Made by a program: the position numbers and the translations under genes. Below the pieces are notes generated by a model, which was not told the origin of the DNA, did not search any database, and saw only the letters and a program-made list of their open reading frames with translations. From Acidobacteriota bacterium (GTDB taxonomy: Bacteria; Acidobacteriota; Holophagae; Holophagales; Holophagaceae), in NCBI GenBank assembly GCA_021802985.1, contig JAJZQW010000002.1, forward strand, positions 4,082 through 68,081: 64,000 bases of DNA. Reading direction: 5' to 3'. Positions 1-9,081 of the stretch are shown one piece after another. Positions within the stretch are counted from its first letter, which is position 1, and every line of letters begins with the position of its first letter.

Positions 1-345
1 CCCCGGCTGGGCCTGGGGGTGCGGCTCGCCGGCATGCCCGAAGTCCACGCCTGCCTGGATCTCTCCGACGGCCTCAGCCGCGACCTCCGCAACCTTGCGG
101 AGGCCTCCGGCCTCAGCATCGCCGTGGATCCGGCCGTGGATGAGGATGCGCTTCGCGGGGGAGAAGACTATGCCCGCTGCTTCGGCACCGACCTGCCGCA
201 ATCCGACCTGGAGGCGCGCCTGGGCCATCCGCTCATCGAGGTGGGCCAAGCCTTGGCGCGCCGGGAATCCCCCCTGTTCGCCTATGATGGAGGTTCGCTC
301 CGGCCCCTGCCGGACCTCAGTTTCGACCACTTCGGGCACCCATGA
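1..345 (+). CDS. thiL: thiamine-monophosphate kinase, C-terminal part (5' truncated by window)
   Basis: Open from base 1 (PRLGLG...). Motifs ACLDLSDGL..DL..LA.ASG, ALRGGEDY and terminal FDHF are typical of ThiL. Confidence 0.85.
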   Translation, partial: PRLGLGVRLAGMPEVHACLDLSDGLSRDLRNLAEASGLSIAVDPAVDEDALRGGEDYARCFGTDLPQSDLEARLGHPLIEVGQALARRESPLFAYDGGSLRPLPDLSFDHFGHP

Positions 346-860
346 ACCATCCGGACAAGACCCATCTGTGGGCCCGCACCAAGCGCTACATGGCGGATCC
401 GGACCTGGAGCCCCATCACCTTGGCTGGAGCTTCGCCCTGGGCCTTTCCATCGCCATGAATCCCCTGCTCGGGCTCCACACGGGGCTGGCGCTGGCTTCC
501 TGCGCCCTGTTCCGCAAGCTCCACCGTCCGCTGACCTTCCTGGGGGCCTTCATCAACAACCCCTGGACGATGGTGCCCATCGCCACCGGATCCGCCCTGC
601 TCGGCAACCTTCTCCTCGGCCGGGGCCTGGGCATCGACTTGAGCGGGGTGGACTGGACCAGCATTGGCTGGAGCAGTTTCAGCACCCGGGAGGGCTTTCA
701 GATCATGTCCGAGATGCTCCGTCCCATCCTGGCGCCCTACCTCCTGGGAGGCTTCGTGCTCAGCATGCTGGCCATCCCCGTGGGCTATTTCCTCATGCTG
801 AGGCTCGCGCACCGGCTGCGCGCATCCCGGCCGATTCCCCAACCCCGATCCGGAGGCTGA
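342..860 (+). CDS. DUF2062-family membrane protein
   Basis: Hydrophobic; P.HLGWSFALG...P.LG.HT and G.FINNPWT motifs; ATGA overlap with thiL stop. Confidence 0.75.
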   Translation: MNHPDKTHLWARTKRYMADPDLEPHHLGWSFALGLSIAMNPLLGLHTGLALASCALFRKLHRPLTFLGAFINNPWTMVPIATGSALLGNLLLGRGLGIDLSGVDWTSIGWSSFSTREGFQIMSEMLRPILAPYLLGGFVLSMLAIPVGYFLMLRLAHRLRASRPIPQPRSGG

Positions 861-864
861 TCCC

Positions 865-1167
865 ATGGACATGCGTTTCCTCATGAAACAGGCGCAGCAG
901 ATGCAGGCCAAGCTGCAGGAGACCCAGGCCAACCTGCGGGTCGAGGGCACCGCCGGCGGCCAGCTGGTGAAGGTGACCCTGAACGGCTCAAAGGAGCTGG
1001 TGTCCCTTGCCATCGCCAAGGAGGCCATGGACCCCGAGGATCCCTCCATGCTCGAGGACCTGCTCCTGGCCGCCTTCCGCGACGCCGCCCAGAAGGCCGA
1101 CGAAGCGATGAAGGGCCAGATGGGCGGCATGGGCGCCGGCCTGAACCTCCCCGGCCTGGGGCTGTAG
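865..1167 (+). CDS. ybaB: YbaB/EbfC nucleoid-associated protein
   Basis: LMKQAQQMQ, GTAGGQLVKVTLNG and DPEDPSMLEDLLLAAF motifs; GGAGG RBS; directly upstream of recR. Confidence 0.93.
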   Translation: MDMRFLMKQAQQMQAKLQETQANLRVEGTAGGQLVKVTLNGSKELVSLAIAKEAMDPEDPSMLEDLLLAAFRDAAQKADEAMKGQMGGMGAGLNLPGLGL

Positions 1168-1202
1168 ATGGCCGTGGGCCGCCTGGCCGCAGGGAGTCTG
1201 CC

Positions 1203-1799
1203 ATGAAGCTGCCCGCGCCGCTTGAGGCGGTGGTGGAGAGCCTCCAGAGGCTCCCCGGCGTGGGCGCCAAGTCTGCCCAGCGGATGGCGCTGCACCTGCT
1301 CAAGGAAGGCCCCGAGGCCATGGCCCACCTGGCCCAGCAGCTCCAGCAGGCCGCGGACAAGGTGGGCTTCTGCCAGGTCTGCGGCGCCTTCACGGACCAG
1401 CCCACCTGCCCCATCTGCCTGGATCCGCGCCGGGATCCCCTCAGCCTCGTGGTAGTGGCCGAGGCCTCGAACGTCCTCAGCTTCGAGCGCAGCGGCCACT
1501 TCCGGGGCCGCTACCACGTGCTGGGTGGGCTGATCTCCCCCCTGCGCGGCGTCGGCCCCGACCAGCTCCGCGTACGGGAGCTGCTGAAGCGCCTGGAGGA
1601 CAGCGCCATCCAGGAGATCATCCTGGCCACCAATCCCACCGTGGATGGCGAGGCCACCGCCAGCTGGCTGGCGCGGATCCTGGAACCCATCGGCATCCGC
1701 ACCACCCGCATTGGCCTGGGGCTGCCGATTGGCAGTGACCTGGAATACGCGGACGAACTGACCCTCGACCGTGCCCTCGAAGGCCGACGGCTGCTCTGA
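1203..1799 (+). CDS. recR: recombination mediator RecR
   Basis: HhH LPGVGAKSAQR, C4 zinc finger, Toprim EIILATNPTVDGEATA, GSDLEYADELTL. Confidence 0.97.
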   Translation: MKLPAPLEAVVESLQRLPGVGAKSAQRMALHLLKEGPEAMAHLAQQLQQAADKVGFCQVCGAFTDQPTCPICLDPRRDPLSLVVVAEASNVLSFERSGHFRGRYHVLGGLISPLRGVGPDQLRVRELLKRLEDSAIQEIILATNPTVDGEATASWLARILEPIGIRTTRIGLGLPIGSDLEYADELTLDRALEGRRLL

Positions 1800-2081
1800 T
1801 CAGTATGTGCAGCTCACCGCGCCCCGCGCCCAGGCCTGGCAGGCGAGGCGCTGGTCGGGCTGGGCCTTCAGCACCTTGAGCACGCGGCTCTCGGCGACGC
1901 CCATCTCGCTGAGGTACTCCGACCCGTCGACGATGGTGACGATGCAGGTCCCGCAGCGGGCGTGCCCACCGCAGCGGTGGGGCAAGGGCACCTCTGCCTT
2001 GGTGCTGGCGGCAAGGAGCGAGATCTCCTGCTCGCAGTCCGCGGAGCCGGGTTTCTTGCCATCGAATCGGATCGTGTGCAT
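1800..2081 (-). CDS. 2Fe-2S ferredoxin
   Basis: HRCGGHARCGTC...RLACQ ligand pattern; start taken at MHTIRF (2081). Confidence 0.88.
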   Translation of the reverse strand: MHTIRFDGKKPGSADCEQEISLLAASTKAEVPLPHRCGGHARCGTCIVTIVDGSEYLSEMGVAESRVLKVLKAQPDQRLACQAWARGAVSCTY

Positions 2082-2254
2082 GGATGCCTGCTGAAGGGGC
2101 CACCGCCCGGAATGGGGCGTGCGCGGCCGTTCCTTCACTCTATCAGGAGCGCCCGTCCCCGGATCCGACCCTCAACCTCAGCAAGGATCCGGGCCGCGAT
2201 TTGGCGGAGAATGCAGCGTGAGCCCAGGTAACTCGGCTCACGTCTGGAGCGCCC

Positions 2255-2560
2255 GTGGACTACGAACTCAAGCCCGGTGACCGGGTTCGCCTCACCCGCG
2301 CGGGCGTGGCCTTCTACGGCGGCGCCTGGCCCCACTTCGTTCCCCAGGGCCAAGGCGGAGGGACCCCCGGGATCGTGCTGGCCGCCGAAGACCGCCCCCA
2401 CAAGCCCGGAGCCGCCCCCAGGCCCTACTACGTCCGCTGGGACAACGGCGTGGAGAACAGCTACCGGGTGGAGGATCTGGAGATCGCCGCACCTGCCCCG
2501 GACAGAGAAGCGGGCGACGAGCCTCCGGGCAACATCGTGGCGTTCAAGCGACCAGGGTGA
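2255..2560 (+). CDS. small hypothetical protein, SH3-like / MIB-HERC2-like
   Basis: GGAG RBS, GTG start, host-like codon usage; LKPGDRVRL...QGGG..G.V...VRWDNG..NSYR..DL pattern. Confidence 0.6.
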   Translation: MDYELKPGDRVRLTRAGVAFYGGAWPHFVPQGQGGGTPGIVLAAEDRPHKPGAAPRPYYVRWDNGVENSYRVEDLEIAAPAPDREAGDEPPGNIVAFKRPG

Positions 2561-2851
2561 ACGGTCTGCACTGAGGGTCTGGTCGCGCTTCCGGAGCCCA
2601 CTTCGGCGGAAAGACACAGATTCCACCCCACCCGACAATGACACCCCAGCACCTAAAGATACGCGCTCGTTATCCAACCGAAGACATCAGTATCGAGCCA
2701 GTTGTGACCAAGTGTCGTGGATCCTTGGATTTCGGTCGACGAAATCCACACTCAGCAGAGATCCTAAGCATTAGCAACATGCTTAGACACAAGAATTTTG
2801 GAAATCCTTGCGTCAGCGGTATACAATTGAACAGACTCTCATAGGTGAAAA

Positions 2852-5344
2852 ATGATTCCCGCTCAGGCTTTAGAACCGATTAAAAAAGGTGTTTATTCCC
2901 TCTTGCTTGGGGCTGGGGCGTCAGCCAAGGCAACCTCTCGTGATGGGAGGGAATTACCTCTCGGGTCCTCGTTTGGTCGCGAGTTGATTAAGGAATTCAG
3001 TATTGATGCAGACCCAAACGATGAATTGCGCTATTTATGGGATGTCGCAATTTCAATTATGGGCGGCGAAGATAATTTACGCAAAAAAATTACAATACCA
3101 AGATATAAAGATTGTAAACCAGACCCATACCATTTACTCTTTGCCGAATTTCCATGGAAAAGAATTTATACATTTAATATTGATGATGTTTTTGAAGGAG
3201 CGTACTTCGCAAATAATAATCGAATTCAAAATACAATTAGCATGCATTATGCTGATGATTTTAAGGATATCGATAGATATGACAATCTGTGCCCGATAAT
3301 TCATCTTCATGGTTCTGAGATTTTCTCTAATAAACCGATCGTTTTTGGACCTGATGAATATGCAAATACCATGACAAAGAGCATGGTTTGGTGGCATGTT
3401 TTTTCTCAATTATTTTTTACCGAACCAATAATTGTGATAGGCGCAACATTAAAAGAGTCTGACTTTGAATATTACTACGGCCAACGCAAAGCGGGTCGAA
3501 GAAGTGGACTACCGCCATCTTTATATGTCTCTCCTAAAATTAATGCTGTTGCAAAGACGATTTGTGAAAAATACGATTTATTACCTATTGAAATGAGTGG
3601 AGAAGCATTCATAAAAGAGCTTAAAGATCAAATACCGGTATGCAAAAAACTCAGCGAAATCGAAATGGAAGCGCTTCGCAATATTGAAATTCTTAAAAAT
3701 GATATTTCTCAATCTCAAAGCCTTCGAATCGCAAGAAGTTTTGTTTTTATGGATGATCCGGCATTTTGGCCTGAATATGATCTTTCTCAAGAAAGTTTTT
3801 ACGAGGGAAGATCTCCTGAATGGTGTGATATTAAACAAGAATTGGACGTATCCATCCAAACAGAACAAATAACTATTGATAAAATTACAAATGAGATGGC
3901 TTCACCTTCCTCGAGAAAGCCCTATTTCCTATTGTTAGAATCGTCTCCGGGCGAAGGGAAAACCACCTCTGTAATGCGAATAGGTGCTATCTTGGGGAAG
4001 TCTGGCCACAATGTTATATTCTATAATTCGGATGAAATTTTTGATACGGATTGTATCTTGGCTTTAACGAAAGGCCGCCAAGACAACGAGCACTTGGTTG
4101 TCATTATCGATGATGCAGATAGGCATATTAATCAAATTAGAAAATTGATAACAGAAGATTGGATTCGCGGGGCCCGGCTGATTCTTTTGGGTACAGCTAG
4201 GTCGACTCGGACAAAGAAGATGCTTTCTGCTCTGTCAGGATATTCCCAGGTGCTAGTAATTCCGATGCAAACTTTAAATCGTGATGAATGTGGCGATTTA
4301 GCAAAAAAACTACGTAAAGTTGCTAAATTAGGGAGTTATTCTGGCAAATCGGATTCTGAACTGGCTGTCACATTCAACAATAAGCTTAATGACAGATTCC
4401 ATGGGCACTTATTTTCAATTCTAGCAGATATAGTCCCTGGATCCATCCTCAGTGACAGGCTTCAATCAGCTTGGGAAGAATTGCCGGATGAAGATTTCAA
4501 GAGATTTGTTGGTGTGCTCACTATGTCAACTGCTGCAGGGTATCCATTGCGTTCCTCGATAGCCTTAGCCGCCTCTAGAGTAAAAGACTCAACCAAAATT
4601 TTCACTAACATTGGAACTGGATATTTAAAGGGGATGGTTTATTGGAGGGGAGAATCGCTCTATCTCACCCATAGAGTGGTTGCAGAAAAAATGATTACTT
4701 CCATACTCAAAGAGGAGGAGATATACAGATTTTCTTCAAGTCTTGCAATTTCTATTGCTCCCTATATCAATAGAGATACAATAATTAAAAGAACATCCGA
4801 AAATGGTATTGCAAAATTCTTAATGAATGCAGATGGTATGGTAATTCCCAGGCTAGGCTCCCGGGGCGAGGCTTGGTTTAATGACATTCAAAGTGGCCAT
4901 GAATGGAATAGCCGTTATTGGGAGCAAAGAGCCTTATATGCTAAATCTAGGGGTGATTTTGACCGGGCCATTGACTATGTTGAGCAAGCTGTGGCCAAGG
5001 AGAATCATGTATTGCCTTTGACTACATGCGCCAACATTAAACTACAGGCATCCGCACAGTGCACCCATTTTACAAACAGCAGACGAGAAGAATTATTTTT
5101 TGATGCACTTCAATCTCTCCGATCCGCAATTCCTATGGCTAAGGACCGTGGAATGATTGAAATACATCCCTATAATGTTCTTTATAAAGAAGCAGTAGCT
5201 ACCTCAAAAAGAATCTTTAAGGTATATCCTCCTCAGCTCATTGCCATGCTTAAAGAAAATTTGGATGAAGCAAGAAAGAAATTTGGAGGGGATGAATTTT
5301 TAAAGCGTGCTATTGATCAACTAACAAAGGCTGGTCTTTCATAG
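2852..5344 (+). CDS. SIR2-like domain + STAND P-loop NTPase + C-terminal TPR-like protein (Avs5-like anti-phage candidate)
   Basis: SIR2_2 motifs LLLGAGAS, IYTFNIDD, IIHLHGS, PIIVIGATLKESD; Walker A SSPGEGKTT; Walker B VVIIDDAD; TPR-like YWEQRALYAKSRGDFDRAIDYVEQAVA; AGGTG RBS; AT-rich codons. Confidence 0.8.
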   Translation: MIPAQALEPIKKGVYSLLLGAGASAKATSRDGRELPLGSSFGRELIKEFSIDADPNDELRYLWDVAISIMGGEDNLRKKITIPRYKDCKPDPYHLLFAEFPWKRIYTFNIDDVFEGAYFANNNRIQNTISMHYADDFKDIDRYDNLCPIIHLHGSEIFSNKPIVFGPDEYANTMTKSMVWWHVFSQLFFTEPIIVIGATLKESDFEYYYGQRKAGRRSGLPPSLYVSPKINAVAKTICEKYDLLPIEMSGEAFIKELKDQIPVCKKLSEIEMEALRNIEILKNDISQSQSLRIARSFVFMDDPAFWPEYDLSQESFYEGRSPEWCDIKQELDVSIQTEQITIDKITNEMASPSSRKPYFLLLESSPGEGKTTSVMRIGAILGKSGHNVIFYNSDEIFDTDCILALTKGRQDNEHLVVIIDDADRHINQIRKLITEDWIRGARLILLGTARSTRTKKMLSALSGYSQVLVIPMQTLNRDECGDLAKKLRKVAKLGSYSGKSDSELAVTFNNKLNDRFHGHLFSILADIVPGSILSDRLQSAWEELPDEDFKRFVGVLTMSTAAGYPLRSSIALAASRVKDSTKIFTNIGTGYLKGMVYWRGESLYLTHRVVAEKMITSILKEEEIYRFSSSLAISIAPYINRDTIIKRTSENGIAKFLMNADGMVIPRLGSRGEAWFNDIQSGHEWNSRYWEQRALYAKSRGDFDRAIDYVEQAVAKENHVLPLTTCANIKLQASAQCTHFTNSRREELFFDALQSLRSAIPMAKDRGMIEIHPYNVLYKEAVATSKRIFKVYPPQLIAMLKENLDEARKKFGGDEFLKRAIDQLTKAGLS

Positions 5345-5626
5345 CATTTGCCGGTTCTATCAGGTTCGAAGACTAGGCTGTGTCTCTTCTTGGTCTGCAT
5401 CACCCGACCCGAATCAGACTTGTGGGACTCGTCCACCCACAGGTGCTTGATAGTGGCTTCGGGTCTCCTCGCTTCCGAAGCTCTCCTTGGAGGAGAGCTA
5501 ATCTCAGACAGCTAGTAGGAGCCAACCCGAGCCAACCCTATACACACCGCAAAGTGGATCGATCGATGAGTATCAACACTTACACACACAGGGGGGCACA
5601 GAGAAAATCATCAAAATCAGGATAAG

Positions 5627-5662
5627 GCAAAGGCCCGAAACCTAGTGATGACGGGCCTTTGC
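5627..5662 (-). terminator. hairpin just downstream of tRNA-Thr (terminator or att-associated hairpin)
   Basis: GCAAAGGCCCG (5627-5637) / CGGGCCTTTGC (5652-5662): perfect 11-bp inverted repeat. Confidence 0.55.
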
Positions 5663-5664
5663 GT

Positions 5665-5740
5665 TGGAGCCAACTACAGGATTCGAACCTGCGACCTGCT
5701 GATTACGAATCAGCTGCTCTACCAGCTGAGCTAAGTTGGC
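5665..5740 (-). tRNA. tRNA-Thr(CGT)
   Basis: Reverse complement GCCAACTTAGCTCAGCTGGTAGAGCA-GCTGA-TTCGTAA-TCAGC-AGGTCGCAGGTTCGAATCCTGTAGTTGGCTCCA: 76-nt cloverleaf with encoded CCA. Confidence 0.97.
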
Positions 5741-5789
5741 GCTGGCTCTCCAGTGTGCCTGGGAGGGCGGGTGGAATCAAGGCTGGGGC

Positions 5790-6209
5790 TCAGTGCCGGG
5801 CCCATGCCAGGGCCCAGAGGATGCCCATGACCGTCAATGCGTCGACCTCGTCGGGGTCCAGGCGTTCGTTCCGCCGGGCCAGATCCTCGGGGCCTGGGCC
5901 GCGCATCACCACGCGGTGGCTCTCCCCACTTGGATCCTCCAGCATCACCCAATCGGGGGCGGTGCGGCCCACGACGGTCGCGCCCACTCGGGGATTCCCC
6001 GACTTCCAGCGCAGGTCCAGGGGCTCCCACTGCCCGGCGTTCATCAGGTGCCAGGTCCCCTCGGGCGGCTGCGAGGCCAGCGCCAGCACCGCATCCCGGT
6101 CCAGGAACCGGATGACGACGCGGGCGACGGGCTGGGGCGCCGGGACGGGCCGCCGACAGGCCAGGCCGCCAAGGGCGAGCAGGATCAGCGGAATCAACAG
6201 GCGTCCCAT
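5790..6209 (-). CDS. hypothetical lipoprotein
   Basis: Signal peptide with lipobox LGGLA-C; follows the amidase on the same strand. Confidence 0.6.
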   Translation of the reverse strand: MGRLLIPLILLALGGLACRRPVPAPQPVARVVIRFLDRDAVLALASQPPEGTWHLMNAGQWEPLDLRWKSGNPRVGATVVGRTAPDWVMLEDPSGESHRVVMRGPGPEDLARRNERLDPDEVDALTVMGILWALAWARH

Positions 6210-6236
6210 GGCACCCCCTGGCCGGGCCGGGCGCGG

Positions 6237-7940
6237 CTACTTCCGATAGTACGCCCGGATGGCGTTGACCACCGCCACCGCGTAGCGTTCCCGGAACTCG
6301 GGATCCCGGAGGTTCGGCGCATCCTGGTCGTTGGCCAGGTTGGCCACCTCCACCAGCACCTTGGTCGCGCTGATGCTGTAGCGGATGACCGCAGGAACCC
6401 ATTTCACCCCGTTCCGGATGACGACATTCCGGATGGGACGGTTGATGTGAACCGGGATCTGATCCCGCTGGAGGGACCGCAGCAGCGTTTCCGAGAACTG
6501 CCGGCTGCGCGCCTCGCCCTGCAGCCGCTCCCGGGGGGTGAAGGCGACACGGGAGAACCGCTTCATCTCCGCCACTCGGCCCGCGCGGGCGCCATTGAGC
6601 GCGAAGTGGGTCGGCACCATCGCCGCGCCCGGCACGTAGACCATGGTCCCCCGCGAGCTGGGATGCAGGCTGTCGGCGTGGAAGCTGATGAAGAGCGTCT
6701 TCTTGGGATCGCCCTTCTCCTGGAGGAAGTTCGAGAACAGGTCGTTCGCGAGCACCCACCGCAGGTGGACGCTCACGGCCGTGGGGCTCTCCCCATCGAT
6801 GGGGAAGGGCGGCGTGGTGAGGATCTCCGCGGCGTGGCTGGGCGAGAGGATGGCCTCCCGTGTCCGGAAACCCAGACCCGGATATTTGATGGTGCTGCTC
6901 ACCTGGGCGTCGGTCTCCTGCTCCAGCAGCCGCCGGACCCGCATGGCGATGTCGTAGACGAAATCCGATTCCCAGGCGCCATTGGCCGAGGCGCCGATGT
7001 CCACACCTCCGTGGCCCGCGTCCAGCACGATGCGGACCCCCTTTAGTTTCGGCCCGGCCTCCACCCGCACGGTCCGGCGCACCTCCGCCCGGACCTTCCG
7101 TTCCTCCGCCAGTCCGACCGTGCCCTCCGGCTGGAAGGGGTCGGCCAGGGCCGCCACGGGGATCTTGACCAGCTGACCGGGCTGGATGCCATGCAGGTCG
7201 GAGATGCCGCTGCGCTGCGCGATCTGCTCGGCGAATTCGTTCACGGCCTTGGGGTCCACCCGATCGGTGTACCGCATGACGACGCTCGAATAGAGCGCCT
7301 CGCCCCTGCGCATGTGGTAGGCCGCGAACTTCCCCTGTGCGTCCTCGCCGTAGGTGAGCATGGCCCGGTAGGCGGCCACCCGGGCCTCGTCATCCAGGCT
7401 GTCCTCGGGCTGGGTGCGGTCCGCGCCCCGGCTCTGCCCACCGAGATCCACCGAGAGGAACTGGAGCGGGATCTGCCAGATGTCCCCCTGTCTCAGCTTC
7501 TCCGGCTGGTCCGGGTTCTTGGCCATGAGCTTGTCGTAGTTCTGGCCATGGCCAGTGAACAGGGCCGCCAGGGTCCAGATGGATTCCACCTCGGGATACC
7601 GGACCACATGCGCCACGCCGTCCCTGCGCCACTGGTCGCCAGGGAACAACGCCGCCAGCGCCCAGCGCTTGCCATCGGCGGAGAGATGTTCGAAGGGCAC
7701 CCAGCCCCGGCCATCGGCCCCCTGGCCGAGGAAGGCCTTCGGCAGCCCCCTGCCCTCCACACTGAGCCCCTTCTTGAACTGGAGCCGGAGCATGAGGCTG
7801 TGCCCGTCGGGCGTGCGGACCTGGACCAGGACCGGCGCCGGATCCGGAGCCGAGACCGGAAGCTGGGTGGTGACCGGCGCCTGAGCCGCCGCCGGGGCCG
7901 CCGCGAGGAGGGCCGGCAGCAGGAGGCTCAGGCCTCCCAA
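6237..7940 (-). CDS. N-acetylmuramoyl-L-alanine amidase (Amidase_3) with LysM-like N-terminal repeats
   Basis: Signal peptide; IVLDAGHGG.D.GA, WESD, FISFHAD and LVEVANL Zn motifs; LysM-like segments (LRQGDIWQIP, IQPGQLVKIP). Confidence 0.88.
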   Translation of the reverse strand: MGGLSLLLPALLAAAPAAAQAPVTTQLPVSAPDPAPVLVQVRTPDGHSLMLRLQFKKGLSVEGRGLPKAFLGQGADGRGWVPFEHLSADGKRWALAALFPGDQWRRDGVAHVVRYPEVESIWTLAALFTGHGQNYDKLMAKNPDQPEKLRQGDIWQIPLQFLSVDLGGQSRGADRTQPEDSLDDEARVAAYRAMLTYGEDAQGKFAAYHMRRGEALYSSVVMRYTDRVDPKAVNEFAEQIAQRSGISDLHGIQPGQLVKIPVAALADPFQPEGTVGLAEERKVRAEVRRTVRVEAGPKLKGVRIVLDAGHGGVDIGASANGAWESDFVYDIAMRVRRLLEQETDAQVSSTIKYPGLGFRTREAILSPSHAAEILTTPPFPIDGESPTAVSVHLRWVLANDLFSNFLQEKGDPKKTLFISFHADSLHPSSRGTMVYVPGAAMVPTHFALNGARAGRVAEMKRFSRVAFTPRERLQGEARSRQFSETLLRSLQRDQIPVHINRPIRNVVIRNGVKWVPAVIRYSISATKVLVEVANLANDQDAPNLRDPEFRERYAVAVVNAIRAYYRK

Positions 7941-8467
7941 GGCGTATCCCCACCGGCGCCGGAGAGCCCGGCCCGGACCCAGGCCCTGAGCGCCTCTTCC
8001 ATGCCGCCGGGATCCTCCGACCTGGCCCTCAGGAAGCGGCTGAGGCGGTGTTCCAGGTGCCCAGCGCCCTCCTCCAGGAGGAACAGCCGGTCGTGGAGGC
8101 GTTCATGGGGGGCCTTGCCTGTGCTGGGCGGCAGTTTGAGGGTCCCCATGTCGAGGGTGGCGGCGTTGAGGGTGAACACCCACTCCATGTCCCCCGAGAG
8201 AATCCGCAACTTCATCCGGGCGGGGCGCATGCCGCGGCTGAGGGCCTCGAAGGCCTCCCGGCTTTCCGAGGGGCTGCCTTTCCGGAGGGAGATCTCCTTC
8301 ACCTCGCCCCGCTCCGAGACCAGCTGGATGGCATCATCCACGAAGCAGGCGGAACCGTCCCCTTCCTCGCCGCTGCCACCGCTGTCGGTCTGGCTGCGCA
8401 TCCACAGCCAGAGCAGGAATTCCTCACCAAGGAAGCGGCCCTGTTCCAGGAGTTCAATGGGTTTCAT
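7928..8467 (-). CDS. RdgC-like protein, C-terminal-half homologue
   Basis: FLGEEFLLWLW motif, EAFEAL..G..P....L, DRLFLLEE; translationally coupled to the upstream RdgC-like gene. Confidence 0.6.
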   Translation of the reverse strand: MKPIELLEQGRFLGEEFLLWLWMRSQTDSGGSGEEGDGSACFVDDAIQLVSERGEVKEISLRKGSPSESREAFEALSRGMRPARMKLRILSGDMEWVFTLNAATLDMGTLKLPPSTGKAPHERLHDRLFLLEEGAGHLEHRLSRFLRARSEDPGGMEEALRAWVRAGLSGAGGDTPWEA

Positions 8468-9081
8468 CCCCGGGCCTCCTCTAGTTCGAGGTCAAAGGGG
8501 TCCAGGGCCATCAGGGACTCCACAGGAAGTTCGGGACAGAGGCGCCCCGCGAGCACCAGGGGAGCCAGCGGGTGGATCTCGCACCCGAAGGACTTCATGA
8601 AGAGGCTGGCCAGGGCGCCCTGGGCCTTGGCGGAAGCGGCCGTTGTCCAGAGGAGGCCGCCCTTCAGATCCCAGGCCACGTCCACCACCCTGGGCACGGG
8701 CAGCACTTTGCGGAGCAGGTCCACCTTGATCTCGTCCTGAAGCGAGATCCGGGCCTCCTTGCCGAGAAACGCCAGATCCTTCTCCTTGACCAGTTGCTGG
8801 GCGCGGAGATCCACGTGGGCCTTCAGGAGGGACGGGGGCACGCGCCGCGTGTCGATGCGGAGGGCGAAGGCCGCGAACCGCTCCTGGCTGACCCAGTCAG
8901 GAGCGGGAGGTGTGATGAGGGGATTGCGCCAATCGCACCACCCCATCCGCTCCTCCTCGAGACCATCCTGGAACGGGCGGAACTGGTCCTGCTCCAGGCC
9001 CGCCTGGAGATCGTTCGGATCGGGCACGGGCCCGAGGACCAGGAACCGTTTGAGGGACACGGAGCCCTGAAGCATGCTCAT
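8464..9081 (-). CDS. recombination-associated RdgC-like protein, N-terminal-half homologue
   Basis: GSVSLKRF, EERMGW and FALRIDTRRVPPSLLK resemble the RdgC N-terminus. Confidence 0.7.
   Translation of the reverse strand: MSMLQGSVSLKRFLVLGPVPDPNDLQAGLEQDQFRPFQDGLEEERMGWCDWRNPLITPPAPDWVSQERFAAFALRIDTRRVPPSLLKAHVDLRAQQLVKEKDLAFLGKEARISLQDEIKVDLLRKVLPVPRVVDVAWDLKGGLLWTTAASAKAQGALASLFMKSFGCEIHPLAPLVLAGRLCPELPVESLMALDPFDLELEEARG

Larger units (their letters stand above)
2590..5664. mobile_element. low-GC horizontally acquired islet adjacent to tRNA-Thr 3' end (no integrase)
   Basis: Abrupt switch to AT-rich sequence around 2600-2700 that returns to host-like GC at the tRNA; holds one large ORF. 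Boundaries approximate. Confidence 0.7.

Noticed and set aside
2593-2602. GGAGCCCACT as a definite att duplication of the tRNA 3' end
   Set aside because: A 9/10 match that does not extend could be chance; kept only as a hint, not annotated as a feature.
5380-5625. 81-aa ORF ending SMSINTYTH as a possible tyrosine integrase remnant
   Set aside because: Only a YTH-like tail; no HxxR or LGH motif and no RBS, so too weak to call.
5659-6249. 196-aa plus-strand ORF (MRWSQLQDSNLRPADYES...)
   Set aside because: Translation of the antisense tRNA-Thr and of the antisense lipoprotein gene.
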